Positions 24,169 to 38,285 of a DNA stretch of 64,000 nucleotides are shown here, piece after piece. The notes under the pieces were generated by a model. That model saw only the letters and a list, made by a program, of their open reading frames with translations. It searched no databases and was not told the origin of the DNA. A program made the translations under genes and the position numbers. The stretch comes from Callorhinchus milii (Eukaryota), in NCBI RefSeq assembly GCF_018977255.1, contig NW_024704742.1, positions 3,350,001 to 3,414,000 on the forward strand, read 5' to 3'. Position 1 is the first letter of the stretch. Each line of letters starts with the position of its first letter.

Positions 24169-27100
24169 AAGGAAAAGTTAAACACAGTGCATATTTATAG
24201 CATATACAACTAGTATTCTGTCTTCTATTTCCTCTGATTTACAACTATGTACAGTTTAAATAAGGCACTGTTTTCCAGTGAGTTGAAGATTTTTTGTTAA
24301 AAAATCTTATCTGTACAGATGTCGAAAGAAAATGGAGCAGTTTCCAGTTCTACAAGCGAAAAGAAATGTCGTTTTAAGGATAACCAAAAATACTACATTC
24401 TCTGTAAAGTTTCGCTGTTCCCTCTGCCTGTCCTGGAATTCAACTTTCCTCTGGTAGATTCCAGCCAACAACAAATGATTCCCTTTCTTGTGCCTTGTGC
24501 CCTCCAGGTTAAAAGTTTTACAAGCTGTGCAGGACAGAGGTGAGGAGGCAGCATAGGGTCTGCTGCTGACCTTTGCTATTCACTCCGCAGCTGCCCTCTC
24601 TTTCCCCCAAAGTCCTCTGTGGGTCTGTAACTCGGAGGACAGCCTGGGGCAGGAGCCTGGGTTATCAACACATCAACTGCTTGCTGCACTTGAAATCGAT
24701 CTATGCTGAGGCAATAGGCCGAAACTAGTTAAACACGGGAACGGCACACTTGTTTCTTCCACGTATACCCCCTCCCCCCCCCCCCCCCCCACTCCCACAT
24801 AGAGGTAGCACTAATCTGCACATCGCCCAGATTCAAGCTGACAGATTGGGGGGGTGGGGGGGGTTTGGGAGAGAAAGAATAGAAGCAAAGTTACAAAAGC
24901 AAGATGTGTTTAATATTCCAGGAACTGTCAAGAACAATTCTCTCAAACGCAGTGGGGCAAGCAAGCCAAAGGTTGAGGAGAATTCCTCACGGAATCCTGT
25001 AGTGTGTTGGTTAGAGCGCTCGCCTCGCAAGCAAGAGGATCCGGGTTTAATTGCCGGGTAGGGTGAAACCTTCGGCTCGTTTCCTTACTCAACATGCCTC
25101 TGTTTACCTAGCAGTAAATTGGAACCCTATTTTTAGTTGGCGGAATATTAATTCTAAAACTACAGACCAAACCATGGACTCGCGATTTCAACAGTTAAGT
25201 AAACGCTCCTCAGGACTGTGGCTCTCAATCGATTGTCCAGCGCAAGCACTTGTTCAATGGCTTTGCAATGACAATGAGTTTATCGCGTCCGAATTTAGTG
25301 TTTCTTTCCATTGCTCAGGCTCCATTGCTCAGAATTGTCCGCTAGTCTCTAAGAGCTAAAGGTTTCCTGTAATCGGGAACAGTCCTCAGAAACCTGACTA
25401 TTGGCAAGTTGAAATATTCCGCGTACTATTGTGTTCATAGATGAATCTACCAATTTTCTTTCAAAATCCCTATTTTGTAGCGTGTTAGTACATTTCTTAC
25501 CATTTCGTAAACAGTCAAAGCAAATGTTCGGCGTGACCTCAGCAGAACCTGTTCAGAGAGTGTGGAAGAGGAAATGTGTTCCTGTCAGTTACGTCACTGA
25601 CTTGGGAGGCATTTCAAGTGAGCGATCGGGCTTCGAAAGAACTAGAAAACTGGGAGGTGCAAGATTCTACCTCAGATAACTGTTATCTGAGCCTTGGGAA
25701 TTACACTGTTAATTAGACATCTCTCCAGCATATTGTATTGATTAAGGGCACATACTAATGATCTCTGGACCGGTTGTTTCTAGTTGGTTTGGAGTCAGCC
25801 TTGCCCTGCAAAGTGATCTCCCTCACAGACATCGCACTGTTGATATTCAGTGAAGAGAGATAACCAACTGACTCGTCTCATTCCTCCACCCTTACAGCAA
25901 GAAAATGATTTGACGTCGAACTCCACAGCCAGGATTATGTGACGGCAAGTTATTGAAATAAAAATGCAATTTAAACCAGGTGTTGAACGGTGACTTTAAA
26001 CTGAACCTTGTCACCAAAAGTTAACTGTTAAAAAAAAAAAAGTTTTCGGAGAAGCCTTCAAAATGATCTGCTAGAATTCACGTTCATGATTAAATTTATG
26101 GATGAAATGGTTGGAATTTGGTCTCGGATTGCAGGTAACCTTTGCTGGTCCAGTCCAGGCCAATGTTGTCTATAGTCAGAACTTACTCTACAGTGGACAA
26201 CTTACAAAGGGTACTGGAGTTCTCCAGGAAAATCCTCTTATGGATCAGCAGCCCTATCGTGAAACTTACTCTGCCTCCGCAATAGTGAGTGCTATCTCCA
26301 CAGCGGGAAAGGGTTTTCTTTATGGCTCGGCTCAGCTCCTGGAACGACCTCTGCTCTGAAAAAAACATCCCGCAGAGCAGACTGGAACCGGTGCAGCAAG
26401 CGAGCTTTGCAGGCTGACTTTTTAATACTTTCATTTAAAAAAAAATCATATTTTTATTTGAGCTTTTTTTTAATTAAAACAAAAGATTAAAAATGATAAA
26501 TTAATAGCAGCAGACATAATCAGCAATGCAACGGTGCATCACACCTGCCCCTATTTACAAACCAGGCAAAAGCGTCTCGAGAGAGACTCTTCGTACCTCG
26601 TCGACACCGTCCCTTTAAACACGCTCAGACACAGGAAAGTGTTTTGAAGCGTGGGAGAAGCAAAGTTAAAAGAATGAAGGGGAAAAAAGCGACAGAGATC
26701 GACAGTTACATAGCGCCTGTCACATCGGAAGGACGTCTCAAAGCGCTTCACAAAGCTGACCCAAAGTGAGCCCAAACTGGTCGTGTGGGGGTGGAGGTGT
26801 TGGGAGAGAAGAGGATGGACACACATGGAGCACAACGGGAAGCAAGAATGACGTTGGCACCGAGTCTAAGATGTGTAAGCCATTTGTGACAGAATGCACC
26901 CTTCCCACGTTAAGAACTTGTCCAGTTACTTGGTGTTGCTCCTCTGAGGTGAAGGTATATCTATGCCATAGTTAACTGGTGCACAATCAGATCTGGGATC
27001 AGCTCCATGTCTCCAACCCAACAGTATAGCAATGCTACACATCTCGGAGACCGCTTTCAATGCTGCCACCCCCGCAGGTGAAATGCAGTACAACTGATTC

Positions 27101-27865
27101 CCAAGTCTTGATTCCCCATGGGCAACCCTCCAACTGTGCCACCATTCACCAAGTCTGCTGTCCACTGCTGCCCCCCTTCACCCATCGCTGGTTGGCGACA
27201 CTAATTGATCCATTCATTGATCACAGGACAACGGGTAAAAGGATTTCCGTACGGAGCTGATCTACTCAGGAGCTGTGGCAACCAGTGTAACTTTGCTAAT
27301 CTGCAGATTTCATATAATAAACCCAGGCTACTGCACCTGGTCTCAGTATTACTGAGACAAAATCCATCCTTCGGCTCTTGCAAAGCTCGGGTGGGTCAAA
27401 TGCGCAAGAAAGCAGCTACGCTCAGGTGGACACAGAAAGAAAAACTCACCACAACAGGGAACGAATGGCCTTTCAGTTTAGCCACAATTCTAATCCCGTT
27501 TTGAGTTGCCTTCTCAGACTCTCGATGCTTTTACCTTTTTTTAAAAAAAACAAAGAAAACAGCTTTCACAGAAAGCAGCGCGCAATCTCCTCTGTGTTAA
27601 ACATCAGACAGCTGTTGCTTCTTACACTATGCAAGCAAAGACGGTGGATGCGTTTTACTGTTAGCCGTTTTTTTTTTAGCTGTTTGGTACAGTGCATTCC
27701 TCCCTCATAGATCAGCCTGTGGCAGTGCTATCTCAACAGGGTTGCGATTGAGACTACGTAAAGGTAGTTTTCGAAGGCTTAACAAAGTCCGCCGCTCTCC
27801 TGGCTCTTACGGGTTAGGTTCAACGATGAGGGTCTCTGGGACTTAGAGCAGGTCCCCGGGCTGTA

Positions 27866-28084
<219 letters not shown>

Positions 28085-28831
28085 TCATCTCTACTGTAAC
28101 CGCCACGTTTTCTCGCTCGGTAAAATCGGCGAAGTGTACGTTACATTAAATTAATAAATTAGAGGAGAAAAAAGTTGCAAAAAGGAAGTCTTTTTAGACA
28201 GAGGGTTACTGACTGGACTGCCGAATGCTCCACCACAAGAAGCTGTTGATCACAAGATTGTTTGGATGTTAAGAAGACCCTTCGGCCCATTTGATCTCAT
28301 TCCTCCAAAGGCCGAAACCCATGGCAGCTTTCAGAAGGCAATTTGATAAATATTTAAGGAAAAACAATAGGAAATGGTGTGAGAAAGAGCACGTCTGGGG
28401 TCCCCAAGCATTAGCTCTTTCCAACCTGTGCCTAGGACTTTCTGGAATTAGGTAAAGTCAGGGAGAGAGTGTGCATTCCATTCCAGCAATCTATCTCTTG
28501 AATTTCCATGTGTAAGTGGGATGCATGGAAATCTCAGCTTGGTTTGGATACTCGAGCAATGTGATGGGTGTCTGCGTGCGTTAGACGCACGGCTGCCCCC
28601 ACACCCCCTACCCAAAAAAACAGCAAGGAATGGGATCAAAATAGATCATTTCATTGGAGGATCCAGCACCAACCCCATTCTCAATGGAACAATTGGCCTC
28701 CTGCTTTGCTATCAACTTTCTTTGATTCTAACCATCAAAACAGGTTTGAGAGCCCAGTTGATGGGAGTAAATTTTCCAGATGAATAGGTTGGTTGGACAC
28801 CTTGGTTGGATACCCAGACTGTGTCTCCTAC

Positions 28832-28962
28832 CTCGTCGCTAGTCCATCTGTTGGGGAACGATGGCCTCAGCCGTTTGATGCACACCACTTCTCTCATGTC
28901 TTCGAAGGACGGGTCGCTGGGCACCAAATCGTGATAGGGCAACTGGTATTCTTCAACAATGC
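28832..28962 (-). CDS. bmpr1b: bmpr1b coding exon 9
   Basis: tgcag|GC ATT...GAC GAG|gtagga; 131 nt; [43 protein letters not shown]. Confidence 0.96.
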
Positions 28963-29537
28963 CTGCAGGTACGACAAAGTGTTCACAGTTAGAAACTATA
29001 GGAAGAAGGTACAATTGGGCTGAAATTCTGGTCTGTGCTAGATGCCGCGCCTTTAGCAACACACAATTATAATGGGAGATATAACACCAACTGAAATTTC
29101 AGCCCCAAATAAGTCCAGTCGTATACTGTAATATTTCGATACAATTTTCCTTCCTAAAAAAAATGCTAATAATCCTTGCATTTGACAACGCACCTTTCAC
29201 GTCGGGAGGACAGCTCAAATGTCCTGAAGGGATATTTAATGTCCTTAAGGGACATGTCCTCTTCACATCCCCGTCTCCTTGCCCAACACTCACACACACA
29301 GAACTTTACATCAGGATTCACTGGATAGCTGTCAGAAGCAGGATTACCTCCCCTTCCTCCTCCCTACCTCTACCCAGGACTCTGAGCCCTCAACAACACA
29401 ACCAAATTACATTTATAGAGCGCCTTTCACGTCGGGAGGATGTCCCAAAGCGCTGTAACCCTCATTGTAATATACCTCGACTGCAGTCTTATCTGAGATC
29501 AGTGAACACAGCACAGACTAAACATTGCACCTGACCT

Positions 29538-29908
29538 AATAATAATAATCCTTGCATTTGACATAGCGTCTTATCACGTCTTCGAGACGTCTCAAAGCGC
29601 ATCGCAGAATATACCGTAAAGAGAATTGACTGTGCATTTTGTGGGGGAAACACGGCAGCCAATTGCACACAGCAGCGTCCCACAAACAATCGTGGATTGA
29701 GTGACCACATTTTTTTAGGTGGGGGGAGGAATTATTACCCACGGAAAAGCTATCCCCTAATCGACTGACAATCGGGTTCCTACTTACTGCTAGCTAAACA
29801 GAGGCTTGTGGAGTAGAGAAACTTGCCTAACATTTCGCCCTGTCTGGAATCGAACCCTGGTCCTTTCGCTTGCGAGGAGAGCGCTCTTACCAATGCACTA
29901 CAGGACTC
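29538..29908 (-). mobile_element. full-length family A SINE
   Basis: reverse complement shows the same head (GTCCTGTAG...CTCGCAAGCGA...GGTTCGATTCC), Deu-type body and (ATT)n tail. Confidence 0.85.
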
Positions 29909-32050
29909 CAAATCTTCTAGGTCTGTATGGCTCAGTATGGTTCGGATGCACACCATATAGTGCTTTACCAACTGAGTCATTAGAAGGCGCGTTACAGTTA
30001 GTTTAGTGTGCCAACGTACTGCCTATGTTCAGGCATTTTTCCCAGCGGCTGGGCAATGGAATACTTTTCTTGGTAATACGTGCGAGTTGCTGGAATAATT
30101 TGTTTATATCCGATGTTGTGGAAACATGTGGCTCGTCTATTATAACAACCCCGGGCCACCATGTGCGTTTTCATTCAAATAAATTACTGTGTGACGTTTT
30201 TACAGCTACTACTGGGGCAAAGAGGAAGTGTTTATTGGTTTCAACACTGCTGTTCTTCATTAGTTAGCAATTCGAGTCATTAAACAGACATCACGCTCAA
30301 AGGAGGTCTTTAATGGCACCTATCTGATGGTCAAGGCTTTCCGTCCATCTCCCTCTCACAGCAAAATAAACACGGCTGAGACACCAACAGGGTATATTGT
30401 AAGGGAGGTTAGGATGGTTTCGTTTTACACACAGAGAGTGGTCATGTGAAAGGTCGCAAGGTACGGTGGTCGAGGCAGGATCCATATTAGCTTTCGAGAG
30501 GAAACTATCCAAAAAAGGAGTGTTTTGCAGTGCAGGCGTGTAGGAAAACGACAGATAAATGGGATAAAAGGATTGGTCTTTCAAGGAGGCAGCACAGGCA
30601 CGATGGGCTGAATGGGCCATCTGCTGCACTGTCAATTTCTATGGTTTCATGTCTCGAAGGAACATACAGAAAGATCTTTTCATCTTCTTCACCCCATAAC
30701 ACTCCTTTTAGCAGAACCAGTCTGAAGTGCATTATATGATGTGAGCAGGACACACCGCTTATGAAACACAAGCTCACGTCATCATAGTATGTTCCCTTCG
30801 TGTTTACATGAAGAGGCGTGTGGAGTAAGGAAACTTGCCCAACATTTACGCCCTGCCAGGAATCAAACCCGGATCTCTTGCTTGCGAGGCGAGCGCTCTT
30901 TGTCACTGAGCTACATATAAACCTAAGAGTAAGGACCTTTGATTCACCCTGTACATCGTTCATCAACAGGGTTGTACTGGAGAAACAGGAGGATTCTGGT
31001 TTGCAAACTAAAAGAGACTGCGGGAGTCGGGATTAGCAAATCAGAATGTGTAAAGTTCTTTTACATCCAAACCGAACTTGTCATCTTGTGATGCAAAACT
31101 CTGCTTGAGATGTCCCAGTCATCATAAAGGCGACTTGAGCTTGTGTTTCATAAGTGGTGTGTCCTGTTCACATCACAAGATTACAACTTTGTCAATGCTT
31201 ACTAACCTATACCAATTAAACGCCAATGTCTGTTGTCTGCGCTTCAAGAAGGATCTCAATAACCGATTGACGTAGAGGCATGACTTAACCTCATCGGAAA
31301 GCTCTTGCAACTGGAAGTGACATGGGCATATTTGTTTTCGGGTATCTCCTATTGTCCATGAATTGTGACCCAAAATGTATTTTAGTTTTGCCTTTTTTTT
31401 TGCTGCACTTCCACCCGCTGACCATCGAGTCAAAATGGCGCTGTGGCGTCGTGCGTAACAGATCACCTACGTATATGCGCGCGCTGCAGTTACACCTGGT
31501 GGCCACGTCAGCTGACCGTGGCGCTGTGGCATCCTGAGCCCGAATGTAGCCAAGCGGCGGCGGGAACCAAATAAAAAGCGCAGACGAAGCTAAGCCGCGG
31601 CAACACCAACAACAACAACAAAATCCCGTTTTTTAAAGCGCCTTTCACGCCGGGAGGACTTCCCGGTGATTATAAATCATACGTTTATATTGATCATTAT
31701 CAAGATGCCTAAACGGAAATCCACCCTTTCAAGGATAAGTAAAACTGCTCGACAGAAGAGACAGACGGCCCATTAAATGAAACCGAAGAGCAAAGAACAG
31801 CGCGGCTGGACGTCAACGCCGAAAGGACGGCAACCAGCGCGGCCAAAATGAGTCGCCCACTCAAAGAACAGCGCGGCCAAAATGAGTCCTCCCACAGGAG
31901 TCCTCCCATATATGAGTATAGATGAAGGTGAAATGTCTGTCTGTGTGTCTGGCTGTGTGTCGATCTACATTCCATATGGGATCCTTTGGTTGCAAGGGCA
32001 ACCTGCTATGAAAGATATTCCCACCCACCCAAGTGGAAACTGAGCGTTTA

Positions 32051-32332
<282 letters not shown>

Positions 32333-32619
32333 TCATCATCATACGGATTTGTGACAATTCATCTATAGTAATAATCCTTACATTTGATAATAGCACCTGT
32401 TGTCAGGAGGATATTTCATGGGGATTTTATTGCAATTTATAATAATCCTTGTATTTGGTATAACGCCTTATCACTAAATTATAACCAATTGTGGCATAAA
32501 ATGTAATAAATGGAAGGTCACGTATAGACTTACAGAGCCATGCTTATAGCCATATACAGATAGACATAAGAAAATACAGTTACCAAAGGATTTTTCCGAT
32601 AGACAAACCCAGCTACATG

Positions 32620-33500
32620 ATGCTCAGAACAAAACTTCCTGCTATCTGGTCTGAAATGGCCCTTTATAGCTCTAAACCTCTGTCAGTCCTGGCTTGTGGC
32701 TTCCCAAAGTTTTGATCTGGCTTTACTTTTCAATCCCATTTAAAATTTGGTACACATCTATAAGGTCCCTTTAGAGGCGCCTTCTCTCAAGAGTGAAGAG
32801 CCTTAGCTTGTCTAATCATTACTCATAGTTAATTCCACTAACACTTGGGGGTCATTCTTATTGCTCTCCTCTGTATAACCTCCAAAGTGCCTGGTGACCC
32901 CCTGTGTAGTGATAACCAGAACCGTATACAGTATTCAAGGTCCGGTCTGACCAGGGCAGTGTACAGCCTGAGTGTGATGTTTGAGGATCTGAACTCAAAT
33001 GATTTAGCAATACAGCCCAGCAACCTGTTTGACTTGTTTATCGTTGCTTCACGCTGTTTTGACACACAGTGAACGACAAGTCAACAAACACCACTAAATC
33101 TCTATCAGAGTGCCCTCCCCCCCACTTGGCGAGTTCTGTCCTATCCATGGAATACAGTACTTATGTTTCCTATTCTTGGAACTCATTTGTATCTTGTATT
33201 TATTTGTATATTACAAGTCAATCTACCAGTTAGCAGGTCTCTTCGTAGGACCTTTGCTGATTCCACAGTTCCCCACCCCCCACCAGTTTGGTGTCGCCTG
33301 CAAATGTAACCATCTCACACTGGGTCTTTGAATCCAGGTCATTAATATACATGAGGAACAGGAGGGGTCCCAATACAGACTCCCTGAGAGACCCTGCTCA
33401 GTATCTCTCCCTATTGTGAACAAGCTCCCCTAACAAACACCCCTCCGCTTGCTTCCCTTCATCCAATTCTGAATCCCATATCTTGCCTTTATCGCCAGTG
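32620..33500 (-). mobile_element. degenerate CR1 LINE ORF2 (reverse transcriptase) fragment
   Basis: frameshifted peptides GPLLFLMYINDLD...FAGDTKL and LYTALVRPDLEYCIRFW...LEVIQRRAIRM, typical of CR1 (LYKALVRPHLEYCVQFW...LERVQRRATRM). Confidence 0.85.
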
Positions 33501-34867
33501 ACCACAGTTTATGAAGGAAAATGATCCGTGTCATTGCCAGAGAAAATTCGAGAACTTTATATCAAAATGACACGGTTTTTTTTTTTACAAATCTTGCCAA
33601 TTTCCGTCGAGCCGAACCCTCGGAAATTGTCGGCCCGTAAACAAGAACACATGTGTAATTTTGTGGAGCGATGGCAGGATTTCAGAAGGCATGTTGTGTT
33701 CGTTTCGTTCTTCGAGTAATGCAGACTGGGTGGGCTGGGGAAGCAAGAAAATCATGTGTTCCCACTCTGCCAGATCCGCACAGGCCCCTTTGGCTGGGAG
33801 ACTGGAGGGGAGCGCAAAAGCGCACTCCCTGCTGTACCCTCCCCACCCCACCAGTCCTCTGTACATTCTATGCAATACCTCGACCCCTCCATTGCACCAT
33901 CGTCGGCGGGCGGGTGTGCGGGCAGCCCCCTACTCAGGAACCTTTGGAACTCTCTGCCTCAATATCTCCACCTTGCCCCCCCCCACCACCTCTTTGCTCA
34001 CCTTCAGATTGAACCTGAAGTTCTTTCCTGTTTGACTTGTGTTTGTGGTCACCTCCCCTCTCCTTCCCCCCGCACGATGTCGAGCGCCGCCTCTGTTAAG
34101 TGCTCCAAGATCCGACCTTGCATCTTCCAACGATTTCCAGTCGTTTAGATATGCTGATTTGCAGTCTAGCCACTTTAGGCACCATGGACTGTTTTTCTCA
34201 ATCTTCCTCTGTTCCCCCCTGCACCACCCTCACCCCACCCAACGCACATTCCACCCCTGGATCCTCTCAACACAGAGAGAATATTTTCTTGTGAAGTACA
34301 CAGCTCGGAGACAGACACTGAAAGATATCATCGACTGCTGCGCGCAACTGGCTGCCGTGTTTCGCCCACGAAGTCTAGTCACTCTACTTTACGGTGAAGC
34401 GCTTTGAGACATCTGAACGATGTGATCAGGCGCTGTATCAAATGCAAGGATTATTATTATTATCTACATTACATTTATAAGTATAACATATACAAACTGT
34501 TTACGTGGATTTAATTCAGTCTCACAATGAGCACCGTCTGTTCTGTCAGGAAATGTTATCCCTCTGATGGTTACCTGTCCCCAATCATTCATTTGTCCCT
34601 TTTCACGATTCACCATTCCCATTCCCCGCTGACAACTCTCTGCACAACACATTGTCACAGTGTCTAGCACCAAGCTTTCTCCAACAGTTAGCGTATATAT
34701 AGGGACTAAAATGCAATACTATTATGAGTCTCAAACAGTAAGTCTGTCACAAACTCGCAGGAAACTTGAGTCTGATCTACATCTGAAGCAGAGTTCCCTT
34801 GGGTTTTTGCGTTAAGACTTCCAGTTGCTGGCAGTAGAGTAAATATCATGTTTTAGACTCCAGATTA

Positions 34868-35344
<477 letters not shown>

Positions 35345-36289
35345 TCAGCTTGCTGTCTGCCGCACAGAAGCCTGTCGCCACGCTTAAGGCTATCCAAAAC
35401 AGACGGGTAGTTCCCGTATGCGCATCACATCGCAAAGCGCACATTCTCTCCCAGGAGGGACGAGTCCTACTTATTTAACTCCAGCGAGTATCGGGCGCAG
35501 GCTGGCAAGTGCCTTGGCAAGGCAGAGCGTGCGTTGGGGTACTGCTGGAGTTTTGGCAGCTGAGACCCCGTAGCTTGCCATTGAGAGCGCTGTCTGGCAA
35601 ACTTCCCCCAGCTTCTCCCGCCAGGACCACCCTAACTGTTGGGATTTTGGCTTGCAGGATTAACAGCATTTAAGAAAAACACACACACATCTGCCACGAT
35701 CAAAAAAAAAAATGTTTTTAAATCTGTGCAGTAGCTCGGTTTCATCAAAACATGTTCAATCTTCAATTTCTAATCAATCCAACGGATTGGAAGAAATGGG
35801 AGTGATTCACTTCACCCACGAAAAAGTCACCCCAATTCGCAGCATTTCCTGCGAAGTGCTTTGGGACGTCCTCCTGACGTTAATGGTGCAGTACCAAATG
35901 TAAGAATTAATAATAATAATAATCCTTGTGTTTGATATAGAGCCTTATCACGTCTTCGCGGCTGACCATAAAAAAGGAAAACGCGTGTGTAGATGTCATT
36001 GAGGACGAGTGTGGATTTGGCTGTGCTGAATCCCTGCAATCGAATGGCCTATAAAAACACTCATTGGCTCACGTGTGAATTATGGCATCCAAGGAACCAT
36101 ACCTCAGTAACAGGAAAGAAATTCTTGAGGAAAAGGAGAAAGGGAAGGGAGGGGAGGAGACAGTGGGAAAAATTTGGCAGCGTTATACAACTAAACATTA
36201 CTGACCAAACATAAGTAGGTTTGCTGATTTTATTCCAAAAGGTTAAATTTTTTGGTTCAGGGGACGTTGAGAGGACGCGAACGGCGCAG

Positions 36290-36560
36290 AAGGAACACAG
36301 CACAGCACAGAAGGAGGCCATTCGGCCCATCGTGCCTGTGCCAGCTCTTTGGAAGAGCTACCCAATCAGTCCAGAACCCCTGCACTTTTCCCATATCCTT
36401 CCAAAATTTTCCTTTTGAAAAGAAAAGTTTGAAAGCTGTTATTGAATCGGTTTCCACCACCCTTTCAGGCAGTGCATTCCAGACTGCAACAACTCTCTGA
36501 GTAAAACAATTTCTCCTCATCTCCCCTCTGGTTCTTTTGCCAATTATCTTGAACCCGTAA
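36290..36560 (-). mobile_element. CR1 LINE 3' end; similar ends at about 4495(-), 12640(+), 17470(-), 28170(+), 30400(+), 48330(+), 49030(-), 55520(-)
   Basis: RRNCFTQRVVAVWNALPERVVETDSITAFK followed by the 3' UTR GATGGGCCGAATGGCCTCCTTCTG. Confidence 0.8.
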
Positions 36561-36840
36561 TTATTGTGGAAACTTAAAAACAACTGCAGATAATATCCTT
36601 AAAATTGAAAGTGAATTTCGTTTTTTTTTAAAGTACAATCTCTCTGTCACAATAATACATGTCAAGGCTAAAACAATGAGGAATTTCAGGTCTCTGTTTT
36701 TTGTTGAATTTCTTTAAACCCGTTTTGAACCCAAAGCTACAATGTTCTAGCCAAATTCCACAGAGCTAGCGTGTTGTGCATGAACTCTGTATTGCAGTGA
36801 GGTTTCAAAATGAAGACTGCACTGTCTTGAATTTTAGTGA

Positions 36841-37205
36841 AGTCCTGTAGCTCAGTGGTTAGAGCACTCGCCTCGCAAGCGAGAGGATTCGGGGTCGATT
36901 CCCGGGCAGTTCAAAATGTTAGGCAAGTTTCCTTACTCCACACGCCTCTGTTTACCTAGGAATAAGTAGGAACCTGGTTGTTAGTCGATTGGCGGATCGC
37001 TTTTCCGGGGGTAATAATTCCTTCAAAAAAAAATAATAATTTGGTCACACAGTCACCGTTTGTGAGAAACTGCTGTGCGCAATTGGCTGCCGTGTTTCGC
37101 CCACAAAATATACAGTCAATTCACTTTTCAATATATTCTGTGAAGCGCTTTGAAACAACTTGAAGACCTGATAAGCGCTATATCAAATGCAAGGATTATT
37201 ATTAT
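36841..37205 (+). mobile_element. full-length short Deu-domain SINE (family A) with tRNA-Ala(CGC)-like head
   Basis: A box TAGCTCAGTGG, anticodon arm CTCGC-ctcgcaa-GCGAG, B-box-like GGTCGATTCC, body GCTGTGCGCAATTGGCTGCCGTGTTTCGCCCAC, tail GCGCTATATCAAATGCAAGG(ATT)n. Confidence 0.85.
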
Positions 37206-37919
37206 TAGTAGTAGTATTATTTTAGTATTATTAGTATTAATAATAATAGTATTATTGCAGGATCCACACATTGCTGTTGTGACATTCAGGCTAGTTTCTC
37301 ATCAGTTGAAGATCGTGCAAGGTCCCACCGGGTTCGAACTCTGCATTCTCTGCTCCAAGGTCAGCTGAAAGATTCTGGCCTAAATAAAGCCAGTGTACTC
37401 CAGCGAATTGGTGAAATGTAACCTCGGTTACATTTCATACGTTCTGAACGTCTGCATTACCCCTGGGGAATGGTGTGCAGCAACACATCAAGACTCAGGC
37501 AGCCTGGGTTAATCAGCTGCACGAGAATGTCATGCTATAACCAATACTATTTAAACAAACCCTTGTGCCTGAAGCAGACAAGTGAGGAGATCAGCCGATT
37601 TAGGTTAGAATGCTTAGATCGTATTTACGGCTCCTCTCGTGCTGCCACGATGAGTTATTTCTTCCGTGCAAGCGTTATTCCAATATGGTCACTTGTATCG
37701 TGACGTACTATAGAATTTCTCCAAATAAAAGCAGCTCTGTATTGCAATACAATGCTGTATGAACTTATGTATAAATTTATATTATATACTGTATATAGTG
37801 CCTTTCGGATCAAGAGACATTCCCAAGGATTAAAAAGCAATCTGCGAATGGACTAACGACTGAGCTCCCACTTTCTGCTCGGTAAACAGGCGTGCAGAGT
37901 AAGGAAACGTGCCTCAACA

Positions 37920-38285
37920 GCAACAACAACTTGCACGTATATGGTGCCCTACATGCAGGGTAGTGTCTCAGTCGAAAAGGAAGGTTTTCAGGCAGGACTT
38001 GAAAAAGGGGAGAGTGGGGGCAAGGCGGAGGGATTGTGGGAGAGTGTTCCAGAAGTTCGGGACGTAGTGACTGAAAGTGCGACCTCCGATGGTGGAGCGG
38101 AGGATGCGAGGGATAGGGATAAGCAGGAAGCCGGGGCCAGTCGAGCGGAGGCACCCTGTGGTGGATTGGGGAGTGAGGAAGTCGGAGAGGTGCCGGAGAG
38201 TGAATGGATTTGAACACGAGCGTGAGGATCTTGAAGTCGATCCGATCGAGGAATTGTGTGTCATCCGCATACGTGTGTGATGTAT
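37920..38285 (-). mobile_element. internally deleted L2 fragment nested in a family A SINE
   Basis: YADDTQ joined directly to RIDFKILTLVFKSIH, then STIGGRTFS...FWNTLPQSLR...FKSCLKTFLF; SINE halves at 38290-38368 and 37835-37918. Confidence 0.75.

Noticed and set aside
36841..36910. tRNA-Ala(CGC) gene (also 24995, 29840, 30840, 38295)
   Set aside because: No proper acceptor stem, and each continues into SINE body sequence; these are SINE heads
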